Source: Mobula hypostoma (Eukaryota). Taken from it: a stretch of DNA of 64,000 bases. The translations under genes and the position numbers were made by a program. Under the pieces are notes generated by a model that saw only the letters and a program-made list of their open reading frames with translations, had not been told where the DNA came from and searched no databases. The DNA is taken from assembly GCF_963921235.1 (NCBI RefSeq), contig NC_086108.1, positions 79,982,001-80,046,000 of the forward strand, read 5' to 3'. Within the stretch, counting starts at the first letter, position 1; every line of letters starts with the position of its first letter. Of this stretch, positions 38,501 to 53,500 are shown piece after piece.

Positions 38501-41500
38501 TGGCCGTACCACCTCAGCTTTCTTTTCTTCACCGTTGTGAGAAGGTCTTCATGGTGGCCAACGTGGTGCTGGATGGTCTTGTGGACCAGCTCGTTTGCGA
38601 TGTGGTCCAAGTATGAGATGCCCAAGTACTGCATACAGTAGATCGTAAATTAGATAATATCCCTTACTCACTAAGGAAGTAAAACTCTCCACCAATGAAT
38701 GCAATTAAACCGCTAACAAAATCTAAACTATATCTTTAATCCGGTTTAATATGCAACCCACCAATTATTAAAGGAACTCTTTAAGAATGAGCAAAAGTAC
38801 ATCACAACAGTAATAAATATCATATGGTACAAAATGCTTTAATCTTAATTGTTCAACTTGATGGTCAAATTTATACCTGTTATTACTCAGATAATGTTAG
38901 GGTCTAAGTTTCAGTTACTTCAGAGAAAACATCAATTAGTTGTATACTTTTACTTTATTGCCTTTCAACCAGATTTTCTAGGTGCTCTCTTCTAAGCAGA
39001 AATGACCCCTATCACCACTGGCACCAATCACTTTCAGAACACACAAAGGAATCACTCCCTTGAAACCCCTCACTGCACCTCTATCAGGAGCCTCAAGGCT
39101 GTTGCTTCTTTTGTTTATACTTACTGCTACTAAGGTATGCAGTTCTGCAGCAACAGTTTATTTGTGTAGCTGGTGCCCCCGCAGTTCATGGGCCATGGCT
39201 GCAGCCTGTGTTAATAATACCAGCATGAATTATACTTCCTGGTTGAGTTGTTAGAGGGACCCGTGTCTTTACCTCAAATGAGAATTAGAATAAATTCGAC
39301 TATGGTGGTACAAAGCAGACTCACTTTGTCTGAGGTGTTCCACGGAGGATCAGCCCACAACACACCCTCCTGTCCCTCACACCCAACTTGTGAAGTAAAC
39401 TGGCAAACCACCAATGGAAATGAAAGAGGACCAGCAACATCATCCCGTCATGAGATCTCGGGCTGCTTAGCAAGAGGCTGAATGTCTGTGAACCCCTGTA
39501 ACTCTCACACATGAGAAAAGCTGAGATGAGGTCAGGGAGAGACAGGCACAGGGACCAGCACCCACCACCCCAAAACCCCTGGGTTCACAGCCTAGTTCAG
39601 GATTTGGAACCAAGTATTACAATGTGCACTCAATAAAAATGGCACAGCTTTACCAAGAGTACATGGAGGTCTGTCAGACATGACCCTCAGATTTAATGGG
39701 CATCGTTAAAATTCCTATGCAAAAATGATTGATCAAGATTCCCTGACTGGCTCTCTTATTGAAGATCCTTGTGGGTAATGTTATACTGTAATTGGAAGGA
39801 GAAAGGAATTGTTTGAGAGGTGCAGTGGTATAACTGTTTGCAAACATCTGGACAAATAAACTATTTGTTGATTTCCGACTTGCAGGGCTGAACGAAACAA
39901 GTGGACAGGAGCCAAAAAAAAGCACCTGAGTGGGCCGCTCCATTTTCCTCCACCTTCCATTCCACCCACATGAGGCACTCCCTCATTAATCTTGGAGATT
40001 CCAATGAAGGTCAATGCTGGGGAACTCATGGAATTTTAGAGACATTGGCCTGGAGAGGTAGGGCAAAAATCTATAACTCCAATTCTGCCACCTATGCAGG
40101 GCCTCATAACGAATAGAGACAAAACAGGGACTTTGAGTATGCTGCTGTCATACATCCCATAACACCATAAGATAAAGGAGCAAAATTAGGCCATTTGGCC
40201 CATTGAATCTGCTCCACCATTTCATCATGGTTGATCTAATTTTCCTCTCAGCTCCAGTCTCCAGCCTTCTTCCCCACATCTCTTCATGCACTGACCAATC
40301 AAGAATCTATCAACTGCCTTACGTCAGCCCACACCCATTAAAAGTAGATTTCTAGGTTTAAATCCAATCTAAGTGCATAACCTAGGCTCATAATTAAATG
40401 ATGTGCTAAGGAAATATGGTCTCATTCCAAGATGCAGCCTTTTGAATGATGTGCTAAGTCTCAGAGTGTCTATGTGTTACTGTGCAGATAAAAGGACTCG
40501 AACAGGGAGATGGCCTTATCCTCAACCATCGCATATTAACCAACTATTCCCTTGCTATCTTTTGTGGGATAATGCTACAATTAGATTAGCTGCCAGAATT
40601 ACCTAATAATAACTGGTTACAGTTCATGTGAACTGCTAGGTTACTTCCTGATGGAGAGTGGAGATATAGCCAGGTCCTTGCATCCTGGCTTAGCTCCGTA
40701 CCTCAGCTCCTAGTTTCACCATCCGTGAGTCATCACCTAAAACCAGAGGGCAGAACAAGTCTTCTGAAATGTCAGGTGGTCAAAACGCAGAGAGAAGTAT
40801 CCAAGAGAGAGCAGTGTGGACAAGATCTGTGCCTTGTACTTTGCTTCCAAAATTTAGTTACGCTGAAGTCAACGGAACACAATTTCAGAAGCAAAGTACA
40901 GACCAGGACTGCTGCTAAGTTATGAGTTTAGCACTACTGAGAGAGGGTAATTTTTTGCTGAAGAGCACATGGGGATGTACCCAGTTCTCTGTTATGTTTC
41001 TGATCTGTGGAGCAGTAGTAAATAAAATCTATTGCCACTGCTACTTCCCTTTCACACTTGAGAATGACCTTTAAATAGAGCAGGGCACAAGAATAAATGG
41101 AAAGTGTCCCTGTCACCTGTAATATATCATGTGATTTGTGGCCATTGCTAATGTGCTTATTGGGTACAAGTTTAAATTCCGTTACTGTTTAGACTTTTTT
41201 TAAACTGTGATTTGAATCTGGTTGTAGTCTACCTAAAGAGATATTTCCTGTATTTTTACCACTGTTAGAATACAAACATTCTGTATCTTGCAATAAGGTT
41301 GCTACGCTGTTTAAAAAAACACTCAAAGTCACCTCATCTTTCTGAAACATTGTTTTTGGTTTTATATTAAGGGGAAACTATTATAGGAGCGGGAAAGTGA
41401 AATGCAGCCTTGTAGCTACCAAATATTTACCCAACATAGACCTATTGAACTCAGACTTAGGGAAAAATGCCATATAGCAGATTTTTGGCAGAGAACTGCA

Positions 41501-44500
41501 ACTCGCAGCTTTTTATGGAAAAGTGCTCCCTATGTTTGTCCTGCATCTTACAGCTATAGTTTTAAATTTAAATCTTTTCTAGAAATAGTTACTGAGGGAG
41601 TGTAGTGATTGGAAATACAATCTATCAGGTGAGATGTTCAATTTAAGCCCCATCTGTTTTCTCGACTCCGTGTAAGAGATCTAATGACTCTATTGCGACT
41701 TTAGTATCCTGACCAATATTTATCAAATAACATCTAAAAACAGTCACTTTTTACAATTCTATCCGTAGAAGTTTCCTGGAATAGCTGCTTTATTTCTTAT
41801 ATTTCAATGGTGGCTAAACATTGAAAGTATTTACTTAGCTGTAGAGCACCTAGGGATGTCCCAGGACTGTGAAAGATGCTAGATAAAAGCAAGTCTTGTA
41901 GTCAAATCCTGTAAAATTTTAAACTCCTCAAGCAGATCACCTCTTGATCTTCCATAATTAAGGAAATACAACCTACTGACTCTTTATATTAAAGCTAGCC
42001 TGAAAAGACAGACAGACAGACAGATATAGTGGTTAAGGCATTTGACTAGCGATCTGAAGGTCGTGAGTTCGAGCCCCAGCCGAGGCAGCGTGTTGTGTCC
42101 TTGAGCAAGGCACTTAACCACACATTGCTCTGTGATGACACTGGTGCCAAGCTGTATGGGTCCTAATGCCCTCCCCTTAGACAACATCGGTGTCGTGGAG
42201 AGGGGAGACTTGCAGCATGGGCAACTGCCGGTCTTCCATACAACCTTGCCCAGGCCCGCGCCTTGGACAGTGAAGACTTTCCAGGTGCAGATCCATGGTC
42301 TCGCAAGACTAACAGATGCCTTAATTAAATTAATACATATACACACACATATAAAATAATTCCTTTATGGATACTATGCATGACGTAACAATATTAATCA
42401 TCTACTTCAAGGGTAATTGAGAAAAATAAGTCTCAGGTCTAGAAATTCTAGTTCACCAAGTGTACGGATGAGATAGAGCAGAGCAGATTAACAAAAAGGT
42501 TACACCTGGTTGGTCCAGTCAGATTTAATGCAAGAGCAATCCAGCTTTAATTTTCCCCATGGCACTGACCACTCCCATTTCCCAGCAATTTCTTTCCCTT
42601 CAAGTGCTTTTCCAGTTCATTTCTAAATACTACAATTGAAACTGGTGTTTATCAGCCAATCACAACCACTGGCAGTGAATTCCAAATCCTAACAACTAAG
42701 TTGTAGTGGAAGTTTATCCTCAAGTGAATTCTGCTTCTTTTTCAAACTATCTTCATTCAATGTCCTCTGGCTCTTGACCCTTCAGCCAATGTAAATAGCT
42801 TCTCATTACCTCATCTGTCTAGACCTTTAATGATTTGAAATACCTCTGCCTCTGCTTTCTTGATCCCAGGAAGCACAATCTCTACTTCCCCTATCTATGC
42901 ATGCAATTAAGACCTAATCTTAGGAATCATTTCAGTGAACATCCATTGTACTCTTTCATATATTCCCATAAGCTTGGTGTCCAGAACAGAACACGGTACT
43001 CCAGGTGTGACAAACAATGTTTTAAGAAGCTTCATCACGAATTCCTTGTTCCTACAATCTCTGTTTTTACTTATATCCAGAATCCCATAGGTATTTTAAT
43101 TGCTTTCTCAACCTAGCTTGCCATTTTCAACAGTTTAAGCAATATTTATCACAACACCTCTCTGTTAGAATCACAGTCTTAGTTTGGCTCTCCTCATTCT
43201 TCCTAACACCTCATTGTCTCTCAGCTAGTGACTGACCATTCTACCAGATTGTCTTTCTCATGAAGTACATTACGTATCCATTCTTGCAAATCACCATACT
43301 TCCATGGCTTGTGTCATTTGCACATTTGATCATTCTGCCCTGTACACTCAAGTCTAAGACATTAATCTATATTAAGAAAAGCACTGGCTCTTGGGAATAT
43401 CACTGCATACTTCCCTCTAGTCTAAAAAACTACTAACTCTGTTTCCTGTCACTCAGCCAAATTTCTATCCCATACTACAGCAGCACCTCCTATTTCCAGG
43501 GCTTAAATCTGCTGCCAACTACAGTTTAATTGAGACTGCAATACTACAAATTTCTGTTTCAAGCAAGCGCCATTTTGGGTCTTGGTAAAGCAGTGGGGAG
43601 GGAATCAGGGTCTGGAGCTGGATTTGCAAGAATGGGTGGCAGGATGGAGATACATCTCTACCAAAGGAGGTCTAAGGTGCTCCACACGTCCGTTAGCCTG
43701 CTGGTCACCCTTAGGCAAGGTGTAGCACCTGTTTAGCTCCCCGCCCCCCAAAATCAGGGTTACGTGAAGCCATGAGAGCAGTTGGTGGATGGTCATGTGA
43801 GCAGCTGGTGCATATCCTGGTTATGTGGCCACTGATATGTCTGAAACATATTGATAATGGTTGGGGTCACCCATCTTGTAAAGACACTGCCCAGAAGGAG
43901 GCAATGACAAAAAAAAAATTGCCAGGAACAAAATCACCTCATGGGAAGACCATGATTGCCTATGTTATACGGCACAGCACATAGCGAGCGAACTACCATA
44001 ACAGAGAAGGGGGTAAAAGAGTCCCACTTTAAAATTTCTGTCAGACAGAAGAGAACTTAAAGTATTGTGAGGAACTTTTTGAGGGGGGGGCATAGAGGTA
44101 GGAATTGGTGGAACAAGTAAATGGATGGGGGGAAGAGAAGGATATCTAGAGTGCCAGATAGGCAAAAATTAACGTTAAGGGTCTGATGTGGTGAGTAGTG
44201 AATGAGGCAAAAGGAAGGTAGTGTTCTGGTCCATCACATTTTGGGGGAGGGGATAGCAGGGTGAGGGTGGGGGCAGTTAAAGGTAAGAAGAGGAGAACTG
44301 TGAAGCACGTGTGTGGGAGTTACCTGACAAGTGTTACAATGCAGCACTGGGTTATTAATTCCAGTTGAACCAGAAGTGGCCAGTGACAGCACATGCTCCC
44401 ACAACCAGTTAAACTAATTTTTCCCCAAACTAAGGGTTCCATCAGGTGCACAAGGTGAGGTGAATCACTCAAGAAGGTAACAAGTCAGACTGGCCTGGCC

Positions 44501-47500
44501 CAAATCGAAATGATCTGAAAATGTTTATTATTTGTGCTTCACTGTGAGTAAAGCCAATATGCATTCACTTAATGCCAAACATATGAATACGTATTATTTC
44601 CTTCCCCCTTCCTCTATTCCCCACTCTACTTCTTCTCACCTGCCTATTACTTCCCCCGGGTCCCCTCCTCCTTCCCTTGCTTCTTTAGTCCACTCTCCTC
44701 TCCTATTAAATTCCTTATTCTCCAGCCCTGGACCTTTCCTACCCGCCCGGCCTAACCCATCGTAATCCAGCTTGCCTCGTTCCCCTTGCCACACCTTTCT
44801 ATTCTGGCATCATCCCCCTTTCTGAAGCAGGGTCTCAGCCTGAAACGTCGATTGTTTATTCATTTCCATAGATTCTGCCTGACCTGCTGAGTTCCTCTAG
44901 TATCTTGTGTGTGTTGCAAGAGTATTACTCAATCAGCATTTTAGGTCCTTATTTGTTCTCCAACCTGTTATCACTTTATATTATAAAATGCAGACACTGA
45001 ACCTTCAAGTTATCAATTGTAAATCATTCCTAAATGATACTTATTTTAAGGCATTTGTAGGCTAATGTAGCATTTTATTAGTAGGAATTTATCCAGTAGG
45101 TATATTTATAGCTTGTGATTTGTTGCAATCTTTAGTGCAACATCTCATGTAAGGTGTATACTATTCCCTGATTTCACTACTTTCAGCTAAGTCATAATCA
45201 TTCCATGACCAATTTAATTTTTAATAATATCCACTGCAACAGTTTAAGGGATGGAACATCATTGGGACAACATCTATTTTGATTTCTTTCAGAAAAAAAT
45301 TATAAAATAATGTTTTTTAAATAAATGCATCATGTAGATTTGGGATTTATATTAATAATTTGCTCATTATTATAATTCTAAATCATTTCAAGTCATGCAA
45401 TTTTACTACTTTGAAAATTTTAATATGGTTGAACAACTCTGACATTACAGCATCAATGTTTTCTTCAGAAAAGTTGTCAGGGAGTTACTTTATTCAATTA
45501 GTTGTCATAAAATTGTTTATATTGATGCTGATATGAACAGAAATTCAATATTATATTTTCCTCATTTGTTTGTTACAATCAAAAGAGACAACATTAATAA
45601 ATTAAGTACTTAGAGGGAGATAATACAGTGTTACCTAAAATAAAAAGTTTATTTCATTCTCACCCCCACCCCACACCCAAATCTCCTACACAGAGCACAG
45701 AATATTTTTGATATAACACTTCTCAAATGAATAGATAATTCTGACCACTTTGGGCTTGCATCAGCCTTTTTGTCAATCAAAAAACTCCTACTTTATTTTA
45801 AACTACTTTAATTTGCAAATCTAATACGAAACAAGTCACCCTTCGAACTGGGCTTCAGTGCAGTTAGCTCCTCATCCAGCCTTCTCTTTTCTTCTCCCTA
45901 ACAATGGTCCCTTGGCTCTATTATTCCCTCCATCCAAACCTTTCAATGCTTCAGCTCAGATGGCCAGCAATTTTTTCCCAGTCAATGGTTTTTCCAATAA
46001 GCTATTTACATATTCCCCTTTTTTGCCAAAAAGCCACATATTGAAACCAAAGTTTGTTTTCCCTCGGTCTTTCCTAAATCCTTACTGAAACAAATGCTGT
46101 CAATACTTTACCACCTGCATAAGAATTTTTATTTCTTATACATGCAATTATTATTATTCAAAGTCTCAATGTTATTTGTTAAATTGCCCTGAAGAAAATG
46201 CCAATGCATAATTATTGGTCCATGTGTGTTTTTACATGAACTCAAATAGAATAAAGCAGATTACCTGACAACATTAATAGTTGCAACCGAAACAAGACTT
46301 GACCTAAAGTGTAATGAAATCACCTCAAAAGACTACAGCAGTACATCTGGTGAGAAAGTGACAGGTACATAGATGGGATACTGAGAAGTGATGTTATTAC
46401 TGCTTCACGGATATTCATACTGGTGTTCTCAATAATTGAAGAACAGATCTTCTGAGCAGTGGATTCCTGATTCCCTCCCTGTAGATCTGAAGATGCAGTG
46501 ATTTTTCCTTCAAATCACCCACTTAACGCCGCCTGGACAATGTGAGGCACGTTTAATTGCTTGCTATAACTATACATTCCTCATCTGCTAAAATTCCCAA
46601 TCCTGACCTGACAATGCCTCTTAAAATTATTTTGTAAATTCATATGGCTTTTGTTTTGCTGCTTTAGTTACAATGTACAGTGGATTCTGGTTAATTGGGA
46701 CGCATCAGGACCCTTTGGCCCAATTAAGTGGCTACACCTGTTAGCTGAAATTTCATGGAAATAGTTAAAAAAAAGAAACTTCCATTTTAACTGAGTAACA
46801 AATTATGTACTTAGATAAAATACCAAACAAATTAGAACATTACCAATACTACTACTTTACTATAAAACTGTGTTAGTTCCTAATAGCTATCAGAGGAATT
46901 TATGCTGTGTTCTTTTGATTGACTGTAAATGAACAAAATCAGCATAGACACCTAGTGCAGATAGTGGACTGCCTTCACACAATGATTTTGATGATTACAT
47001 CCTCCTAGTCTTCATTTTCACTGAAATATTGAAGATCATTGTCAATACCTTCAAATCCTTCGTAGTTCCTATTTGTTGAAGTAGTGAAATCATTTCATTT
47101 TCACACTGGGTCATTTCTGGCATCTCTAGGCCTCAATGCTTGAAACTGCAGTGACCGAAACAGTTCTGAATTGTCTTCTTGCTTATTTTGCACTAACTAC
47201 CAGTATCAAAAATCATTGCTTTTGAACACAAATGCACACAAACGGCGCTATTTAAACTGTTCGGTCTAAGGCCACGCAAATGCACGCAACTGATGCTAAT
47301 TAGAAACCGCTTGCAATAGTCCCCTGCTTTAATTAAGCACCATAATGTCCCAGATAAACAAAGGGAATCTCAGCTATTTTCTCAATTAGTTTTAGGTCTT
47401 AAATAAGAGTTGTTCCAAATAAGCAGCCGCCCCAACTACCCGAAGGGCCAATTATTCTAAAATTATGGCTAAAATAGATTGACAGAAATTAAGTTGTAGA

Positions 47501-50500
47501 CCTCCCATTCCTAAACAGGGAATTCTGCAGGAATACCAATAATGACCGTGGAAGACACAGAAAGGATGAGCTAGATCCCTCCAAGAGCAGAACTGCTTGA
47601 CAAAACATCAGTAAGCTGATCACTGAAATCAGCTTTCTGTTACTTCTGTTAGGGAGGAAGTAATTGAGCCTGAAGACCAACACTCAATGATTCAGGAACA
47701 GCTTCATCCCCTCTGCCATCAAACTTCTGAACAGTTCATGAACACTATCTAAATTTTTCTTCTATTTGCACTATTTTTAATGTATAGGAGTTTTATGTCT
47801 TTGCACCATATGCTGCCAGGAAACAACGCATTTCATGCCATTCAAGACAATGATGATAAACCGGACCTGATTCTGAAAAGGACAGTAAACATACTGGCAG
47901 AAATGGTCAAGTTGCATGTCCCATCCTGGTTAAGAGGCTTCAGTGAGAAGCAGTATGCCTCCAACTACTTACCTCATTAACTGCAAATAGAATTTTACGT
48001 GCAGCAATGCATCAAAGACAATAATTAAGTGAAAACACCTGTAAGCATAATTCTGAACAATTATTCATTATATCCATTAACATTGATTACAGCTTGTTTC
48101 ATCCTTAACTTCAAATTCCCAGAAAACAGAGAAGTCCCGACAACTTCTTATTCATAAGGACGAGCAGAGTTAACAGACAAAAGTCTGGTGATCTTTGCAT
48201 GGGACCAGCTTACAGAGGTTTACCTAAAATTAGTGGGTGAATAAGTCATTTAAATATTAGAATCCAAAATGAAAAGCAAAGGTTGGTGGAATGTTGAAAA
48301 TTTGCCAGATTTGCGGTTTGTGCTTCACGAATGTGCCATTTGGGCCTATCTGTCTGAAAAACTGAGGGAAACTATAGTAATACAAGACCACCATTGCTGA
48401 ATTAGTCCGTGTATTGTGTAAAGTTGTTTCACTTCATAAGAATGTGCATGACGGGAATGTGCATTTTGGCCAAATTCAGCTGTAATCAGCGCTAGATATC
48501 ACTAACAAAGGTCACATGGATGGCGAGTGTGAGAAAAATACTGCCAATCAGAGTCTCTTCTGAGATTGGGGGGGGGGGTAAGTTTATTGTGCCAATTACC
48601 ACTGTTCTGCATTTAATCTAATATACCTCCCGATATAAATTGCGCAATGAACATTCAAATACTCAGAACTTTCATCATCTGGTTAGAAGATGAGCCTCTT
48701 CAATTTTTGTCAGAAATACAGAACTAAAATACAGATGAAGCTTGAAATTTGAAATCAAAGCAAAACATTCTGGAAATACTCAACAGGTCAGGTGGAACCT
48801 GTAATGAGAGAAACAGTTAATGTTTCATGTTGGTGGCCTTTTCTTCTAGTGAAAAATCACTGATCTGTAGCAATGACTTTGTTTTTCCTTCCACAGACAC
48901 CGTCTGACCTGCTGAAAACACCCAGCATTTACTGTATCTTTAACCCTTAACTTGTCCAGAGAGCTTACCTTAAAATTTGATTTTATAACCTAGTATGGCA
49001 TCTCTTCTAATAACATCTTCTGGCATCTTGAGTTGGTAGTCACATTCATTATGAACTTAATTTCAAAATGTCTCATTTATTTGAAGGAATTTCGTCACTA
49101 ATGAGGGTTAAGGTAACTCAATACTGTGTTAGAACCTCTCGTCAGTCAGGCTACTACCCCCAAAACCTACTTAAAGCTTCTTGGATTTGCAGCATCTTCA
49201 AAGCTTTAACTCCTGGGTTCTCTTCTTCCAGTCAATGAAAAGAGAAAACAGTGAATGAGAAGGGGATGAAACAGAAAGTCATTTAACTTTTACTTCCCTT
49301 CTTCGCTTAATATTTTCTTCACTTATCAGGCAGAAAACAAAAGACGGGCCAAAGAAATATTCAGAATGAAAGATAAAGCCTGAGGAAAAATAAATTCAAA
49401 TATAGAGGAACAAGAAGGCGTAAGCAGATTGAAGCTGGGAGAGAACAGCTTGGATGATGAAGTTTTTCACATGGAAAGAGGCGTTATGCCATGAAGTGCA
49501 CAAAGTATTACTGCACTAAGGTGGCACAGTGTCTCCATAAGGCCAGAAAGTCTAATTCTTAAACTAACAAGGGCTGAGGTCACTCAGCGTATAATTGTTT
49601 GGTTAAGGAATTTTGAAGCTTGGCAGGTGGTTGTCATTTTGAAGCTGTAATTCAGAAGTATGTCAGATTAAAAGGGAGTGACAGGTGGCGTGTGGCATGT
49701 GTACACTGGCTGTATTATTTGTTTTATGCTAACTTAACCACAGGTACACATGTACCACAAGAAATGCAAGTTTAGCATAGATTTTTTAATGATGCAGTTT
49801 CTAATCACAAGACACTCTATTAAGAAGTTCTCCGACCTGTCGGAGTGGTATCCATTTTGAAAAGTGGAACACTGATATTTTTTTAATGCTTAAGGCGTAA
49901 AAGACTAGAGACCTAGTGCCAGGAAATGAGTGTGAATAGGTACTTGAAGGTTGGCATGGATGGGGAGGGCTGAGCTCAGTGACTCTTTCCCTTTTCAACC
50001 ATATGCATAGCCAAACCATGTACATGAAGTACTCAATACAAAATCTACAAAGCCCTGACAGGAGAGAACTGCAGTCTTTATGTTTTCTACACTTTCCAGT
50101 TTGTCTTTCTGCATGACAATGAACTATGGGCGATTTTTTTTATGATATGGATGGTCCTCCAACTCTCAGGAATAAAGCCTCTAATACAGAAACATTATGG
50201 ATAATTATATGGACTGCCAGGGAGTTTGATGCCAATGCACCAGACAAATTAATAAATATTTATTGCACCGAATATTTTTTATTATATACTCTCAACAACA
50301 AAAACTTATTAGGCCAAAAATTTCCAAATTCTCCTCTAAATGGGCACGTCCTTTCATCCTCCCCTCTGCTACACCATAGGTAACGCAGTTCGGGAAACTT
50401 TGTCAAAAATTCCTCTCCGCTTCCCAAATCTCTCCAAAAGGCCCCTAGAAATAGTTAAAATGAACTGAAAGCCTTTGTTCACAAAATTGGCTGTAAAATT

Positions 50501-53500
50501 ATTAGTAATTTAATCAAATTGCAATCAAGCCGGTTGTTTTATTTCACTCTACGAAGAAAGGATATCTATATAAGAACTAATTGCTGTTTTCCTCATTCAC
50601 GGAAATAGCTTTAGATAAAATTAAATAAATGTACATACATTAACAGGACTTTATTACAGTTCATTGGCTAACTGGAAAAAAATATAAAACACGTTGGGCA
50701 CCTGAATACTTTGAAAATATTTTATTAAATTAAAATAACAATGAAACATGGCTATTCTAGAACCAAGGAGACGAACCAAAGGGTTAGTTGACCAATTAAG
50801 AGACTGAACTGTTGAGCTTTTCTTTCACAAAGTCTCATGTGCTTGTGTGTGAACTTTTAGTTGAATCCAATTAGGAAGAACCTGTCAAAAGGCATTAGGA
50901 ATGTCTCTAAGGTTGATGCTGAATTGTGACATGTAACTCATCCAAATTTGCAGCACATCTTGGATCTGTTGGGGAGCCTCATTTCTTGTGCACAAGATAG
51001 GTAGGACCTTCACCAATTATAAGCTATCAACATAGCTTATATATTTTACAAAATTGTAAAAGGGGTAATATAAAATAAACAAGCCTGAAAGTAAAGAGGG
51101 AGGACTATTTGATTACGGATCATTTATCAAACACAGGCTGAAGAAGAATACATTCCCACAATGATAACCCATATTTTCTCTTTGATTTATGCTGCTTTGA
51201 TTTTACTATTTTGGTTTGGTATGATAATCCAAAATTGTTGTAGCACAAATCATGTTCTGAAACAACACACACATTCAAATCAAAGTGATGTGCACTGCCC
51301 ATCATGGCATCAGACCACAAGACCCTACGGAGGGTCACTGGGGTTTCCCTCTCTTCTATTTGTGGCATTTACCAGGCGTGTTGCAGACGAAGGGCCCAAA
51401 GCATTGCTGAGAATCCCTACCACCCCTCCCACAACCCCTTTGACCTACTGCCATCAGGAAGGAGGTACAGAAGCATCAGGATTAGGACTGCCAGTCTGTG
51501 TAACAGCTTCTTCCCTGAGGCTGTGAGACTCCTGTGTACTCTGAGGTCTCGTCACTGGGACAGCAAGCTGCTTACTGCACTCTTTACTTTGTACCTGTGG
51601 TGCACTTTCCTACATGCATTTTGAATTATATTTTATTCACTTATTTATAATATAATATTTTTGGTTTATGTGCTGTGTGTGATACATGTTGTGTGGATGT
51701 ACTGTGGTCTAGAGGAACATTTCATTTAGTTGTATAAACAGTACATACAGTCAAATGTCAATAAACTTGGACTTGACAAGGCCTGTAAGCAAACAAGGAG
51801 CTCCAAACATGGAATGACAATTCCTTTCCAAACTGCATAGTTCAAATGCAAAGAATGACACTGTGCATCAAAATAAAGTCAAACAATTCATTGCTCAGGT
51901 AACATAAACCTCTATTTGCAATTACTTGTGCCATTAATGTTATTTAATAAGTCATATGTCATATTTTATATGATGAATGTTTGACTTACCTATGCTGAAA
52001 TCATTGCCTTACGTTTTATCTCAACGTTTTGTCCTCTATTCAACATAGAACTCATGGATGATTCAATAGAGTATCAAATAGGCATGCTAAAGTAAAATTT
52101 AAATGGGATTCAGTCCTTCTAAAACCTGTTGCCACATATACTTTGAAAACATTTAACAAACTTGAAAACTAAAACCCATAGAATACAAAGTGACAGGAGA
52201 TTTCCTTAACATTCACTTAATATGTTTGCCCTCAAAAAAATCTTACATTGTGCAGCAGTGTGAATGCTGCAAGAGAATACACAATACACTGAGGTCTCCT
52301 GGGCACGTATTCAACAAAAACTACGGGTTACTTTCCAGACAGATTGTAATCAACTCAAAGATTTGCCCAGGGTCCTTTCAACACTGCTTAACAGAAAAGT
52401 GCAGTATTTGTGAGAAACTGGCTGGTGAACCACTTAAACATGATTCGGATAGGAACTTTTGAACAAGCCATGGGGGATTGCTGGGGCTCTAACACAACCA
52501 GCTCAACCCTCCATTTTTTTTTAAATGTAAAGTGTCAACTCTTTCATATAGTTTGTACTCAGAAGCTGAATTTCAAATATTTACATAGATAAGGTGGTTC
52601 AGAAAAAAAAAGACTCATTAGACACTAGAGAATAGAATACTACAGCACAGTACAGGACCTTCAGCCCTCGATGTTGTGCTGACCCATATATTCCTAAAAA
52701 GAAAGTACTAAACCCACACTACCCCGTAACCCTCTATTTGTCTTTCATCCATGTGCCTGTCCAAGAGGCTCTTAAATACCCCTAAAGTTTCAGCCTCCAC
52801 CACCATCCCTGACAAGTCATTCCAGGCACCCATAACCCTCTGTATAAAAAATTTACCCCTGATGTCTCCCCTAAACTTCCCTCCCTTAACTTTGTACATA
52901 TGCCCTCTGGTGTTTGCTATTCGTGCCCTGGGAAACAGGTACTGGCTATCCACCCTATCTATGCCTCTCATAACCTTGTAGACCTCTATCAAGTCCCCTC
53001 TCATCCTTTGACGCTTCACAGAGAAAAGTCCCAGCTCTACTAACCTTGCCTCATAAGACTAGTTTTCCAATCCAGGCAACATCCTGGTAAATCTCCTCTG
53101 CACCCTCTCCATAGCTTCCACATCCTTCCTATAATGAGGTGACCAGAATTGAACACAATACTCTAAGTGTGGTCTCACCAGAGATTTGTAGATTTGCAAC
53201 ATGACTTCTCTACTCTTGAACTCAATCCCCCTATTAATGAAGTCTAGCATCCCATAGGCCTTCTTAACTATCCTATCAACCTATGCAGTGACCTTGAGGG
53301 ATGTATGGATTTGAACCCCAAAGTCCCTCTGTTCATCCACACTCTTAAGTAACCAACCATTAACCCTGTACTCAGCCTTCTGGTTTGTCCTTCCAAAATG
53401 CATCACCTTACACTTATCCGGATTGAACTCCATCTGCCACTTTTCTGCCCAACTCTGCATCCTGTCTATATCCTCTTGTAACCTTCAACAACCTACAGCT

